The position numbers and the translations under genes are program-made. A stretch of 64,000 nucleotides of DNA from Oscillospiraceae bacterium (GTDB lineage: Bacteria; Bacillota; Clostridia; Oscillospirales; JAKOTC01): assembly GCA_035380125.1 (NCBI GenBank), contig DAOSWV010000013.1:1140-65139 (forward strand). Reading direction: 5' to 3'. The notes beneath the pieces were generated by a model. The model ran no database searches. It saw only the letters and a program-made list of their open reading frames with translations, and was not told the origin of the DNA. This document shows positions 54,426-63,912 of this stretch, one piece after another; position 1 is the stretch's first letter; each line of letters begins with the position of its first letter.

Positions 54426-55874
54426 TTATTTGTCCTTTTTTATATGGGCGTGAATCAGGCTTTCGTATGCATTAAAATCAATCTTTTTAATGATCTGTTC
54501 CAGCTCGTCGTCCCCCATGACGGTATTACGCCCTCCGGCATATTCGATGTCGACCTGTTCTTTGACCTTGGCAACCAGATCGCTCTTTTTATCAATGCAT
54601 TTATCGTCGTCCAGGCGGAAGAAGCGGTTCATCCAGAGTGCGATACCGGCGAGGCCGCTGTGGGAATCGACTGCGACTGTCGGCGGGCGGTGCAGCAGCT
54701 TATGGGTGTTGAAAATATTATAAATCTCCTCGTCCTTGAGCAGTCCGTCGGCATGGATACCGGCGCGGGTAACGTTAAAGTTACGGCCGACAAACGGGGT
54801 GCGCGGCGGAATCTCGTAGCCGATCTCGTCTTCAAAATAGCGGGCAATCTCGGTAATCACCGGCAAGTTCATGCCGTCGTTGGTCCCGTGCAGGGCACAG
54901 TATTCCATAACCATCGCTTCGAGCGGACAGTTGCCGGTACGCTCGCCGATGCCGAGCAGGGCGCAGTTGACGCTGCTGCTGCCGTAAAGCCAGGCGGTGG
55001 AGGAGTTGGTGACAACTTTATAAAAATCGTTGTGACCGTGCCACTCGAGCAGTTCGCTGGGGATATGGGCATAATGCATCAGACCGTAGATGATGCCCGG
55101 TACGCTTCTGGGGAGCGCCACGCCGGGGAAGGAGACGCCGTAGCCCATCGTGTCGCAGGCGCGGATTTTAATCGGGATACCGGATTCGACCGAGAGCTCA
55201 TGCAGGGCTCTGGCCAGCGGCACCACAAAGCCGTAAAAATCGGCGCGGGTGATGTCTTCAAAGTGACAGCGCGGACGGATACCGTATTCCAGCACCGATT
55301 TGACCACGCCGAGATATTTGTCGAGGGCTTTCTGACGGGTCAGCCCCATTTTGTTGTAGATGTGATAATCTGAGCAGCTGACAAGAATGCCGGTCTCTTT
55401 GATGCCGATCTCCTTGACAAGTTTGAAATCATTTTCACTGGCGCGGATCCAGCTGGTAACTTCGGGGAATTGATAACCCAAAGACAGGCACTTGTCGACT
55501 GCCTCACGGTCTTTTTGCGTATAGACGAAAAACTCACTCTGACGGATCAGACCCTTCTTGCCGCCGAGGCGGTGCATCATCGTGTACAGATCGACGATTT
55601 GCTTGACCGTGAACGGAGAGGTGGACTGTTGACCGTCGCGGAAAGTGGTATCGGTGATCCACAGGTCATTCGGCGTGTTCATCGGGACGACACGGTGGTT
55701 GAAAGCGATTTTGGGCACGCTTTCATAGTCAAACAGGTTGCGGTAGAGATTCGGGGTCTCGCGCTCCTGAAGTTGATATTCATATACCGATTGTTCCAAA
55801 ACATTGGTGTTTTTGGAGAAATATACGGTTTTGAGATCGTCCTCGGTGCGATCGGGTCTGGGGTTGGTTGCCAT
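54426..55874 (-). CDS. HMGL-like (DRE-TIM) synthase of the homocitrate / 2-isopropylmalate / Re-citrate synthase family
   Basis: ITDTTFRDGQQS, HFEDITRAD, EWHGHNDFY and LGIGERTGNCPLE. The roughly 70-aa N-terminal extension is as seen in clostridial Re-citrate-synthase-type enzymes (recollection). Confidence 0.7.
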   Translation of the reverse strand: MATNPRPDRTEDDLKTVYFSKNTNVLEQSVYEYQLQERETPNLYRNLFDYESVPKIAFNHRVVPMNTPNDLWITDTTFRDGQQSTSPFTVKQIVDLYTMMHRLGGKKGLIRQSEFFVYTQKDREAVDKCLSLGYQFPEVTSWIRASENDFKLVKEIGIKETGILVSCSDYHIYNKMGLTRQKALDKYLGVVKSVLEYGIRPRCHFEDITRADFYGFVVPLARALHELSVESGIPIKIRACDTMGYGVSFPGVALPRSVPGIIYGLMHYAHIPSELLEWHGHNDFYKVVTNSSTAWLYGSSSVNCALLGIGERTGNCPLEAMVMEYCALHGTNDGMNLPVITEIARYFEDEIGYEIPPRTPFVGRNFNVTRAGIHADGLLKDEEIYNIFNTHKLLHRPPTVAVDSHSGLAGIALWMNRFFRLDDDKCIDKKSDLVAKVKEQVDIEYAGGRNTVMGDDELEQIIKKIDFNAYESLIHAHIKKDK

Positions 55875-56168
55875 ATGTACGCCCTCCTTTATAGCGGTTT
55901 CCGGAAAAAGATGAAATTAACTGATAATTATAATCGGATTTTCATGTTTTGTCAAATTAAGTATTCTGATTATTTTATGCAAAATAACGAATAAAAATCC
56001 GTGGAATAAATCCGGTTTTCCTATTTAATAGTACCATACGGGTCGGTTATTGTCAATTTTGGAAAAAGCGACAAAAATATTAAGCAGTCCTTTCCGCGTT
56101 TCGTGAAAAACGCAAAAGAGAATTATCTTCATGTAATAAAATTCACAGTGGTTTTTATGATTGATCGA

Positions 56169-57056
56169 CTATTCACCACCGGTTTGCGAATCAATCAAAT
56201 CAAGCAGTTCGATACTGTGGGAGTCAACCTTTCGGAAAAACGGAAGGCCGCTTGCTTTGATTGTTTCAAATTCATCTCGTTCAAACACATGAACAGAATT
56301 TGTGTATTTGAAAAACATTGTTGTGCAGGCGTTTGAATTCATATGAGAGACGGGAAGGCACTGCTCGCGGAACGGAGAATTAAATAATATCGTGTGGATA
56401 TAAGATTCGTCCGGTGCGAAGACAGTCTTGAAAAAGGCGTTGACTTCCGGGTGCGTGTCAAAAAAAGCAACCACATACTCTGCTGCTGCACGGGTTAGGG
56501 CGATATGTGTCCACCCACACCAGAGCGGACACACTTTACCGTCGATGGTGATTGTCGGTTTGCGTATGTAAAGAGCGAATTTGAATTTACTGAACAGCTG
56601 GCCCTGCAGCAGGTCCGACATGATAAAAAACGGATTTCTGCTGTCCTTATGCCAATAAATGCGAAATTTATACAGATGACGTTTTTGCCCGCTGTCGGTG
56701 ACATTCAATGCCGATAGATATTCTTTTTTGGGATCGGAGAAAAATTTTTCGATCCCGGTATTGGAAAGAGCGGAATAACAGGGCATTTGTAAAACGACAA
56801 AACGATTGAAGTCCCCCGCTTTCAGAGCGGCACGGATAAGCTCGATTTCGGCACGCAGGATAGAAAACCCCGCCCAACGGATTTGCTGCCGCTCCGAGAT
56901 GAAAACAGCGTTTTCGGCTGCCAGAAACGGCGTGATGTCAGTCTTTTTGTCAATATGAAAAAAGACAGCATTTTGTGTGCCCTTGGTTAATTTATCGGTT
57001 AGCCGAATGGCGATTTGGGGATTATTATGTGCCAAAGCCAAAAATGCAATCTTCAT
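56169..57056 (-). CDS. GT14 (Core-2/I-branching type) glycosyltransferase
   Basis: MKIAFLALAHNNP...FFHIDKKTD...RQQIRWAGFSILRAEIELI pattern of the bacterial Branch family. The start was trimmed to the ATG at 57056. Confidence 0.65.
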   Translation of the reverse strand: MKIAFLALAHNNPQIAIRLTDKLTKGTQNAVFFHIDKKTDITPFLAAENAVFISERQQIRWAGFSILRAEIELIRAALKAGDFNRFVVLQMPCYSALSNTGIEKFFSDPKKEYLSALNVTDSGQKRHLYKFRIYWHKDSRNPFFIMSDLLQGQLFSKFKFALYIRKPTITIDGKVCPLWCGWTHIALTRAAAEYVVAFFDTHPEVNAFFKTVFAPDESYIHTILFNSPFREQCLPVSHMNSNACTTMFFKYTNSVHVFERDEFETIKASGLPFFRKVDSHSIELLDLIDSQTGGE

Positions 57057-57139
57057 AAAATCACCCGAATTAATTAAATTTGCCGCAAAAGCAGGGAAGG
57101 TGTGAAGGATAAAAAAGCGAAACGGGATTGTATTTGAAT

Positions 57140-58183
57140 TTAAAAGCAGCGTTCTTTTCGTGTTTTGCGGCACTCTTTGGGATTTGTTTGCCGGTCGCAG
57201 TAATAACAGATTTCGTTCTTCAGTTCGCCGCCGGCGAAAAAGGCGTCGAGGTTTTTCAGGGTTACCTCGGCGATATTATGCAGCGCTTCAGTGGTGAAGT
57301 ACGCCTGATGCGAGGTAATGATGACGTTCGGCATGGCTGAGAGCAGGGCGAGCGTATCGTCGTTCACCCCGGATTCCGAGTGATCCTCGTAGAAGAAATC
57401 TGCCTCCTCCTCGTAGACGTCCAGACAGGCGCCGCCGATTTTTTTGGCTTGCAGACCGGCCAGCAGATCTTCACTGTCGACCAAGCCGCCACGGGAGGTG
57501 TTGACGATGTATACGCCGTTTTTCATCTTATCAATGGAATCTTTGTTGATAAGGTGATGGGTCTGGTCGGTCAGCGGGCAGTGCAGGGAGATGAAGTCGG
57601 CGCTGCCCAGCAGGGTGTCCAAATCGGTATAGGCAAAATCCGCATCTTTGGCGGGGAAGGGGTCATAAGCGAGGATGTTCATGCCGAAACCGCGGCAGAT
57701 ATCGATAAAAACGCGTCCGATGCGGCCTGTGCCGATGACGCCTGCGGTTTTGCCGTGCATATCGGTGCCGCACAGACCGTTCAGGCTGTAATTGTAATCA
57801 CGGGTGCGATTGTAGGCCTTGTGAATTTTCCGATTGAGCGTCAGCAGCATGGCCATAGCGTGTTCCGCAACTGCATAGGGAGAATAAGCCGGAACGCGCA
57901 TTACGTTGATTTTTCCGTAAGCAGCCTTAAAATCGACATTGTTATAACCGGCGCTGCGCATCGCGAGGGCTTTTACACCGAGTCCATACAGTTTCTCGAT
58001 GGTTTTGGCGCCGATGTCGTCGTTGACAAAACCGATGACAGCCTCACAGCCGGAAGCGAGCGGGGCGGTATCCGGATTTAGCTTGGAATCGAAATAGCGA
58101 ATCTCATAAGTTTTATTCTGTTCGTCAAAAGCTTTGATGTCATAGGGTTTCGCGTCAAAGAAAGCTACCTTTTTCATGGTCAT
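57140..58183 (-). CDS. ldhA: D-lactate dehydrogenase (D-isomer-specific 2-hydroxyacid dehydrogenase)
   Basis: Extensive agreement with E. coli LdhA: GCEAV..FVNDD, R.AG.NNVD, RVPAYSP.AVAEHA..M.LTLNR.IH.AY.RTRD.N.SL.GL.G..M.GKTAGVIGTG.IG. The start is 58183 or 58177. Confidence 0.88.
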   Translation of the reverse strand: MTMKKVAFFDAKPYDIKAFDEQNKTYEIRYFDSKLNPDTAPLASGCEAVIGFVNDDIGAKTIEKLYGLGVKALAMRSAGYNNVDFKAAYGKINVMRVPAYSPYAVAEHAMAMLLTLNRKIHKAYNRTRDYNYSLNGLCGTDMHGKTAGVIGTGRIGRVFIDICRGFGMNILAYDPFPAKDADFAYTDLDTLLGSADFISLHCPLTDQTHHLINKDSIDKMKNGVYIVNTSRGGLVDSEDLLAGLQAKKIGGACLDVYEEEADFFYEDHSESGVNDDTLALLSAMPNVIITSHQAYFTTEALHNIAEVTLKNLDAFFAGGELKNEICYYCDRQTNPKECRKTRKERCF

Positions 58184-58233
58184 AACCGCCCTTTCGTGCA
58201 TATTGTATTCGTTTTGCGGCCTTGTATGCCGGT

Positions 58234-59001
58234 TTATTTTTGAGCCAGCATAAAGAACCGCGGAAATGGGAAAATCACCGTACCGTCTTCGCGGGCGGGG
58301 TAGTTCTCTCGGATTTTTTCAAGGATGCAGCGTTCAAACTTCGGGCGTTCCATCTCGGACAGGGCTTCCAGATAGGGTCGGAGGCCTGTGCCCCGGTACC
58401 ATTCCAAAATCGCCTCGGCGCCGGGCAGAATGTGATAATAGGTTGTCATCCACAGATCGCAGATCCGGCTGTTTTTTACCAGAATATCGTAATATTCCGG
58501 TGGCGTCAGTGTGAAAAAAATCCGCGGGCCGGAGAAATGATCGCACCATTCCGGGCTCATGGCGGTCTGCCGGATCAGGCGCTGAATGGGGGTATCCTGA
58601 TTCATCGGAACCTGAATGGCCAGATAGCCGCCCGGGAGGGCTGAATTGAGCAGCCGGGGGATCAGTGTGTCATGATTCGGTACCCATTGGATGCAGGCAT
58701 TGGAGAAGACGAGATCGAACTTCCCCAGTGCAGAAAGATCGGCATTTACATCGGCCAGCACAAAATTTAAATCCGGATGGGCCTTTTTGGCTGCTTCGAT
58801 CATATTCGGAGAGTTGTCAATACCGGTGACGGAAGCACCCGGAAAACGTTTTGCCAGCACGGCGGTACTGTTTCCCGGTCCGCAGCCGACATCAAGCACC
58901 TTTTGGGGCGACGTGAGCGGTACGTGCTCAGCCAAATCGACGGCAGGGCGAGTACGCTGGTTTTTAAATTTCAAATACTGCGTCGAGTCCCACTGCGGCA
59001 T
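58234..59001 (-). CDS. tam: trans-aconitate 2-methyltransferase
   Basis: Colinear with E. coli Tam: W....YL.F...R.RPAVDL...VPL, DVGCGPGNST, NA..QWVP.H, W.TTYYH, GTGLRP.L and FPF.R.F. Confidence 0.85.
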   Translation of the reverse strand: MPQWDSTQYLKFKNQRTRPAVDLAEHVPLTSPQKVLDVGCGPGNSTAVLAKRFPGASVTGIDNSPNMIEAAKKAHPDLNFVLADVNADLSALGKFDLVFSNACIQWVPNHDTLIPRLLNSALPGGYLAIQVPMNQDTPIQRLIRQTAMSPEWCDHFSGPRIFFTLTPPEYYDILVKNSRICDLWMTTYYHILPGAEAILEWYRGTGLRPYLEALSEMERPKFERCILEKIRENYPAREDGTVIFPFPRFFMLAQK

Positions 59002-59051
59002 GAAAACGCCTCCTTTGGAAAAGAGTATATCATATCGGGCGTGTATTTTGC

Positions 59052-59083
59052 AAAAAAAATCCGTTCCACGGGGGCGGAACGGA
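59052..59083 (-). terminator. rho-independent terminator of the Tad operon
   Basis: Minus strand: TCCGTTCC-loop-GGAACGGA followed by TTTTTTTT (complement of the A-run at 59052-59059). Confidence 0.7.
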
Positions 59084-59172
59084 CAAAAGCAATATAAAAC
59101 ATGCCGCTTGAACCAAAAGAAACCAATGCTTGCAGGAATCTGCAGGCAAAGTATGCGGCTTTCGGAAGCAAA

Positions 59173-59514
59173 TTATTGATGGAGCAGGCGGTCACCGGTT
59201 TGAATCCCGGCTTGTTCGGCGGCGCCGGAACGCAGTTCAAGTACGCTGTGGGCTTTTTTTACGGTCTTCAGAACTTTGGACGGCGGAATTTTCGCGTCGA
59301 TTTTTAAAACGGTTCCGTCCTTGGCAAGATAGAGGATATCGATCGGATAGGTCATATTAAACGTGTGTACCTGATTACAGGGGACAAGCAGAAGACCGCT
59401 GATATTGTCGTCAAGGGTGCGTCCGATCAATCCCCGCAGGCGGGTGAAGAAGTTATTGGCGTAAAACGCGCGGCAGAGTACCGTCTCGTTTTTTGAGATT
59501 TCAATAATCCTCAT
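59173..59514 (-). CDS. DUF192-domain protein
   Basis: Pattern A.....RLRGL.GR......GLLL.PC..VHTF.M..P.D.... It overlaps the tadC stop by 4 nt. Confidence 0.65.
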   Translation of the reverse strand: MRIIEISKNETVLCRAFYANNFFTRLRGLIGRTLDDNISGLLLVPCNQVHTFNMTYPIDILYLAKDGTVLKIDAKIPPSKVLKTVKKAHSVLELRSGAAEQAGIQTGDRLLHQ

Positions 59515-60434
59515 GTAAAGACCTCGATCAGATTCATGACTGCCGGTCCGAGCAAAATGATGAAGATGACCGGGAAAATAAACCCGATTGTGGGCAGCAT
59601 GATCTTGACAGGGGCTTTCATGGCTTTGGCCTGAATGCGCTGGCGGCGTTCGACTCTCAGACGATCGGCTTGAGAAGTGAGGACGTTTTTGATCGGAACA
59701 CCGAGCTGTTCAGCTTGAATAATGGCGGTTGTGAATGCCGTAAGTTCTTTGACGTCGCAGCGATCTGCCAGTTCTTTAAAAGAAGTTCTGCGGGGGACGC
59801 CCATTTGGATGTTCTTTACTGCGGCGGCGAGTTCGCTGACGACAACGCCTTTGTTTTTTTGTGCAAGACGGGTGATAGAAGCATCCAGCCCCAACCCGGC
59901 TTCGGCACTGACAACCAACAGGTCCATCACGTCGGGGAGATCATGGACAATCTCCTCTTTGCGTTTTTTGACCTTGGAATTGACATAACTTTTCGGCCCC
60001 AGAATACAGGCGATCATGCCGAACAGCAGAATGAGAAGTTTATGAAGCATCTCAAGTGTGCTGAATCGGAAGATCAGCAGACAGATGAATAATACGACAA
60101 CCGTTAAAATTGATTTAATTGTAGTGAATTCGGTAGCGGTAATTTCCTTACCGGCTGTTTTGAGCAGTCTGCTAAGCTTCTCCATGCTCTTGCTTTGCTT
60201 GGAAGAAGCTTGATCTTTGCGTTTGAAAGCAGAAGAAACCTTTTTTAAAAACGGTCGGACCAAGCGGTCTGCAAAACTCTTTTTTAATTCTTCGTCGCCG
60301 TACTCACGCTGCACATTTCGGATGGCGTTTAAACGGCGGCCTGTGGCATCCCATTTTTGCCCGACTCGAGCGAGTATCGCGACAACGATGGCAAAAACAG
60401 CGGAGACCACAGATAAAACGACATATCTCATCAT
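59511..60434 (-). CDS. tadC: type II secretion system F-domain protein (TadC-like)
   Basis: T2SSF-type membrane protein (DLPDVMDLLVVSAEAGLGLDASI...) in the Tad operon context. Confidence 0.75.
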   Translation of the reverse strand: MMRYVVLSVVSAVFAIVVAILARVGQKWDATGRRLNAIRNVQREYGDEELKKSFADRLVRPFLKKVSSAFKRKDQASSKQSKSMEKLSRLLKTAGKEITATEFTTIKSILTVVVLFICLLIFRFSTLEMLHKLLILLFGMIACILGPKSYVNSKVKKRKEEIVHDLPDVMDLLVVSAEAGLGLDASITRLAQKNKGVVVSELAAAVKNIQMGVPRRTSFKELADRCDVKELTAFTTAIIQAEQLGVPIKNVLTSQADRLRVERRQRIQAKAMKAPVKIMLPTIGFIFPVIFIILLGPAVMNLIEVFT

Positions 60435-60443
60435 TGGTTATCC

Positions 60444-61379
60444 TCACATTTTGATATTGACGATTTTACGCACAATCAGGAAGCCGATGGTTTCCATTGT
60501 GGCCGAAATCGCAAGCATAACGCGGCCGGCGGAAGTGGAAAAGAACATATTGATATATTCCGGGTTAAGGAACATCAACAGCAACAGCATGAAAATCGGT
60601 AAAGCACCGATAATATATCCGCTGAGGGTTCCCGACGCGGTCATGGCTTTGATCTCACCGCGCAGGCGGATGCGGTCTGCTATGGTCGCGGAGATGTTAT
60701 CCAGCACTTCAGCGAGGTTACCGCCGATTTGGCGTTGGATGATGACTGCGTTGCAGATGAGCTCCAGATCCATATTGCCGGTGCGGGTAATCATCTGTTC
60801 AAAACTGGTTTCAAGGGGCATACCGAGCCTGGTCTCACGGCTGACCCTGGCAAATTCCTTTGAAATAGGGGGTTCCATTTCATCTGCAATGCTTTGCATG
60901 GCCGATTGAAAAGACATACCGGCGCGAATGGAGTTACTGATAATGGCAACAGCGTCGATAAGCTGTTTGTCAATTTTACCGAGTTGCTTATGGCGCTTGA
61001 AACGGACAAAGGCGATCGGAGCTGCGGCACCGATGATAACAACGCCGATACATAAAATGGGGTTGGCTCCGAAGAACAAAAACAACAGCGGAACCCCAAC
61101 GGTGGCAATCACCCATATCAGAATAAATTCTTCGGCTCTTAAGGCGATTCCGGCGACATATAGTTCATCGGCCAATTTTTCGAGCTGCTTACGCTGTGCA
61201 CGGGGCTTTTTCCCTTTCTTTTCACGGTGGCGCGTCTCTTCTTCCGGAGTGGTCAGAGCTTTGATGCGCTCCCGTTCGCGGACACGGTTTTTGGTCAGGG
61301 CGTATATAATCATAACCGCAAAACAAAAGACGACACTGGCTGCGGTGATGATCAGTCCGTATTTGATCAGATCCTGCAA
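60444..61379 (-). CDS. tadB: type II secretion system F-domain protein (TadB-like)
   Basis: T2SSF-type membrane protein (QLIDAVAIISNSIRAGMSFQSAM...) adjacent to cpaF. Confidence 0.75.
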   Translation of the reverse strand: MQDLIKYGLIITAASVVFCFAVMIIYALTKNRVRERERIKALTTPEEETRHREKKGKKPRAQRKQLEKLADELYVAGIALRAEEFILIWVIATVGVPLLFLFFGANPILCIGVVIIGAAAPIAFVRFKRHKQLGKIDKQLIDAVAIISNSIRAGMSFQSAMQSIADEMEPPISKEFARVSRETRLGMPLETSFEQMITRTGNMDLELICNAVIIQRQIGGNLAEVLDNISATIADRIRLRGEIKAMTASGTLSGYIIGALPIFMLLLLMFLNPEYINMFFSTSAGRVMLAISATMETIGFLIVRKIVNIKM

Positions 61380-61416
61380 ATTAAAACCTCCCTTTCTGAG
61401 GAGTTGTTAAAAACAA

Positions 61417-62733
61417 TTATGAAAACCATTCGTCACGCACGCCGACGCCGTTGTCAGACATCTTTTCGGTACAGCGCGGTTTGATGCCCGTGTTGACAAA
61501 ATGTCCGGTGCTTTCACCGATTTTGGGGTGCTCGTAGACGAAAATATCCTGAGTCGTGATGACATCGCCTTCCATACCCAAGATCTCGCTGATGCCGGTG
61601 ACTTTTCTTGTTCCGTCACGCATACGGGATTGCTGGACGATGAGATCAATGGCGCCGGCGATCTGTTGGCGGATAGCGGCCAGCGGAAGGTTCATGCCGG
61701 CCATCAGTACCATGGTTTCCATACGTGCGAGCATATCTCGGGAGGAGTTGGCATGGCCGGTTGTCATTGAACCGTCATGACCGGTGTTCATGGCCTGCAG
61801 CATGTCCAAGGCCTCTCCTCCGCGCACCTCACCGACGACGATACGGTCGGGACGCATTCTCAAAGCGTTTCGGACCAGATCGCGGATTGCGATTTGGCCT
61901 TTGCCTTCAAGATTTGCAGGGCGGCTCTCAAGCGTCAGAACATGTTCCTGACGCAGCTGGAGTTCTGCGGCGTCCTCAATGGTGATGATGCGTTCATCGT
62001 GCGGGATATAGCCCGATAAAATGTTCAAAAGAGTCGTTTTACCGCTTCCGGTACCGCCCGAGATGACGATGTTCAGACGTCCTTTAACGCAGGCCTCAAG
62101 GAATGCAGCCATCTTATAGGTCAAAGAACCGTAACCAATAAGGTCGTTGATAGTCAGCGGGACTTTTGAAAACTTTCGGATGGTGAGCAGCGGCCCCTTC
62201 AGAGAGAGCGGCGGGATGACCGCATTGACACGCGATCCGTCGGGCAAGCGGGCATCCACCATGGGATTGGCCTCGTCAATGTGACGGCCGAGAGGCGATA
62301 CAATACGATCAATGACGTTGAGCAGTTGATTGTCATCATCAAAAGTTACGTCGGTGCGTACGATTTTGCCTTTGCGTTCAATATAGACATTTTTCGGGCC
62401 GTTGACCATGATTTCAGTGGTACCGGCATCATACATCAGTTTTTCCAGCGGACCGAGACCCCGAATTTGATCATAAATTTCATCTGCAATCCGGCCTCGG
62501 TCGGAGCGGGGAAGAGACTCATTGTTCTGTCCGAGAATCGAGTCGATCAAAGCGCGGGTATCGGATTCGGACATGTCTTTTCCCTGGCGGTCTTCCCGTT
62601 TATTCATGGCTTCGACGACTTCCATATGCACCTTTGAGCGCAATGCGGAAAATTCATCGGCATTTTGGACGGGTGTGCCGGGTTTTATGGTATCAGTTGT
62701 CTTTTTGGTATCGATTTTATCCAGCAGTCCCAT
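61417..62733 (-). CDS. cpaF: CpaF/TadA-family pilus assembly ATPase
   Basis: Walker [23 protein letters not shown], Asp/His boxes and GHDGSMTT. Confidence 0.9.
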   Translation of the reverse strand: MGLLDKIDTKKTTDTIKPGTPVQNADEFSALRSKVHMEVVEAMNKREDRQGKDMSESDTRALIDSILGQNNESLPRSDRGRIADEIYDQIRGLGPLEKLMYDAGTTEIMVNGPKNVYIERKGKIVRTDVTFDDDNQLLNVIDRIVSPLGRHIDEANPMVDARLPDGSRVNAVIPPLSLKGPLLTIRKFSKVPLTINDLIGYGSLTYKMAAFLEACVKGRLNIVISGGTGSGKTTLLNILSGYIPHDERIITIEDAAELQLRQEHVLTLESRPANLEGKGQIAIRDLVRNALRMRPDRIVVGEVRGGEALDMLQAMNTGHDGSMTTGHANSSRDMLARMETMVLMAGMNLPLAAIRQQIAGAIDLIVQQSRMRDGTRKVTGISEILGMEGDVITTQDIFVYEHPKIGESTGHFVNTGIKPRCTEKMSDNGVGVRDEWFS

Positions 62734-62770
62734 AACCCATCATCCTTTCACCGAAATCATATAACATGAC

Positions 62771-63907
62771 TTATTTATTCTTGCCGAGCCGCCGCGCAAA
62801 ATTGTCCATCTCAATGGCGAAACGGCAGCGTTTGTCTCCGGTCACAACCGGTATACCCCGGTTAAGTGCCTGGGTGACGGTCTTGGGATCGTCCGGAAGG
62901 GAGAGCACGACTTTCTGTTCGAGGATGCGTTCCACGTCCCGTACGCTGATGCCGGATAAACCGTCTTTGTTGACGACCAGCTTTACTTTGGTCAGCAGGT
63001 TCAAGGCTTCAAACACCTTGTAACAGGTCTTGGCGTGGTGCAGGGTGGAGATATCCTCGGTTACGACGAAGAAGATCGCATCGGATTGTTCCATGGCTGC
63101 AATGGTACAGTCGTTGAAAGCCGGCGCCATATCGAGTACTAAAAAGTCATATTCATATCTGAGCGCCGATAAAAGAGTCTCGATGTGTTCCGGTTTGATC
63201 AGATCGGCATATTCGGGCGCGCGGCTTGCAAGCAACACGTCCACTCCGCTGGAATGGCGGGTCAGGTAACCCTGCAGCGTGGCGGAGTCGAATTTATTTT
63301 CCTGCACGAGATCGGTGATGGTATCGGCATTGTTGATATCCAGAAAGATTCCGACGTCGCCGAATTGCAGATCAAGGTCTATGAGTGCAACTTTTCGTCC
63401 CTGCTGTGCCAAAGATACGGCAAGATTCACGGCGAGAGTCGTTTTCCCGGTACCGCCTTTCGGGCAGAAGAACTGTACGATATGTGAGCGATAAGCGGTG
63501 GTCTGTCCGCCGCCGGCCGCAGCGCGGTTTTTCTCCCGGTTGGTAGCGGTGAGAATCGCAGTACGGATGGTCTCCGGTTCCGAAGTAATATCGAAAATAC
63601 GGGAGACGCCGGCGTCCATTGCACGCGTGACCAATCCGGTGCTCAATTCCCGGGCAAGCATAACGATGATAATGTCGCTACGGGTCATATACAGGCGTTC
63701 TGCGAAGTTGAATTCCGCCTCCGACTCTTCGCCGACGGCGATCAGCACCAGATCGACGGATTGATTGCCAATCTTATTCAAGCCCGTGGCTTCGGGTGTA
63801 ACCCAGGCGGAGAAATAAAAATCTTCGCTGCCCAATATGGATTTTATGGATTGCGCGTCTTCGCTGTTGGCGGTGACAATAATTGTTTTAACTTGTTCTA
63901 ATGTCAT
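62771..63907 (-). CDS. cpaE: CpaE/TadZ-like protein (receiver-like N-domain plus MinD/ParA ATPase)
   Basis: Deviant Walker A FFCPKGGTGKTT, with an N-terminal CheY-like fold lacking obvious phospho-acceptor context. The ATG at 63907 has a GAGGTG RBS. The GTG at 63916 lies inside the RBS. Confidence 0.75.
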   Translation of the reverse strand: MTLEQVKTIIVTANSEDAQSIKSILGSEDFYFSAWVTPEATGLNKIGNQSVDLVLIAVGEESEAEFNFAERLYMTRSDIIIVMLARELSTGLVTRAMDAGVSRIFDITSEPETIRTAILTATNREKNRAAAGGGQTTAYRSHIVQFFCPKGGTGKTTLAVNLAVSLAQQGRKVALIDLDLQFGDVGIFLDINNADTITDLVQENKFDSATLQGYLTRHSSGVDVLLASRAPEYADLIKPEHIETLLSALRYEYDFLVLDMAPAFNDCTIAAMEQSDAIFFVVTEDISTLHHAKTCYKVFEALNLLTKVKLVVNKDGLSGISVRDVERILEQKVVLSLPDDPKTVTQALNRGIPVVTGDKRCRFAIEMDNFARRLGKNK

Positions 63908-63912
63908 AGCGC

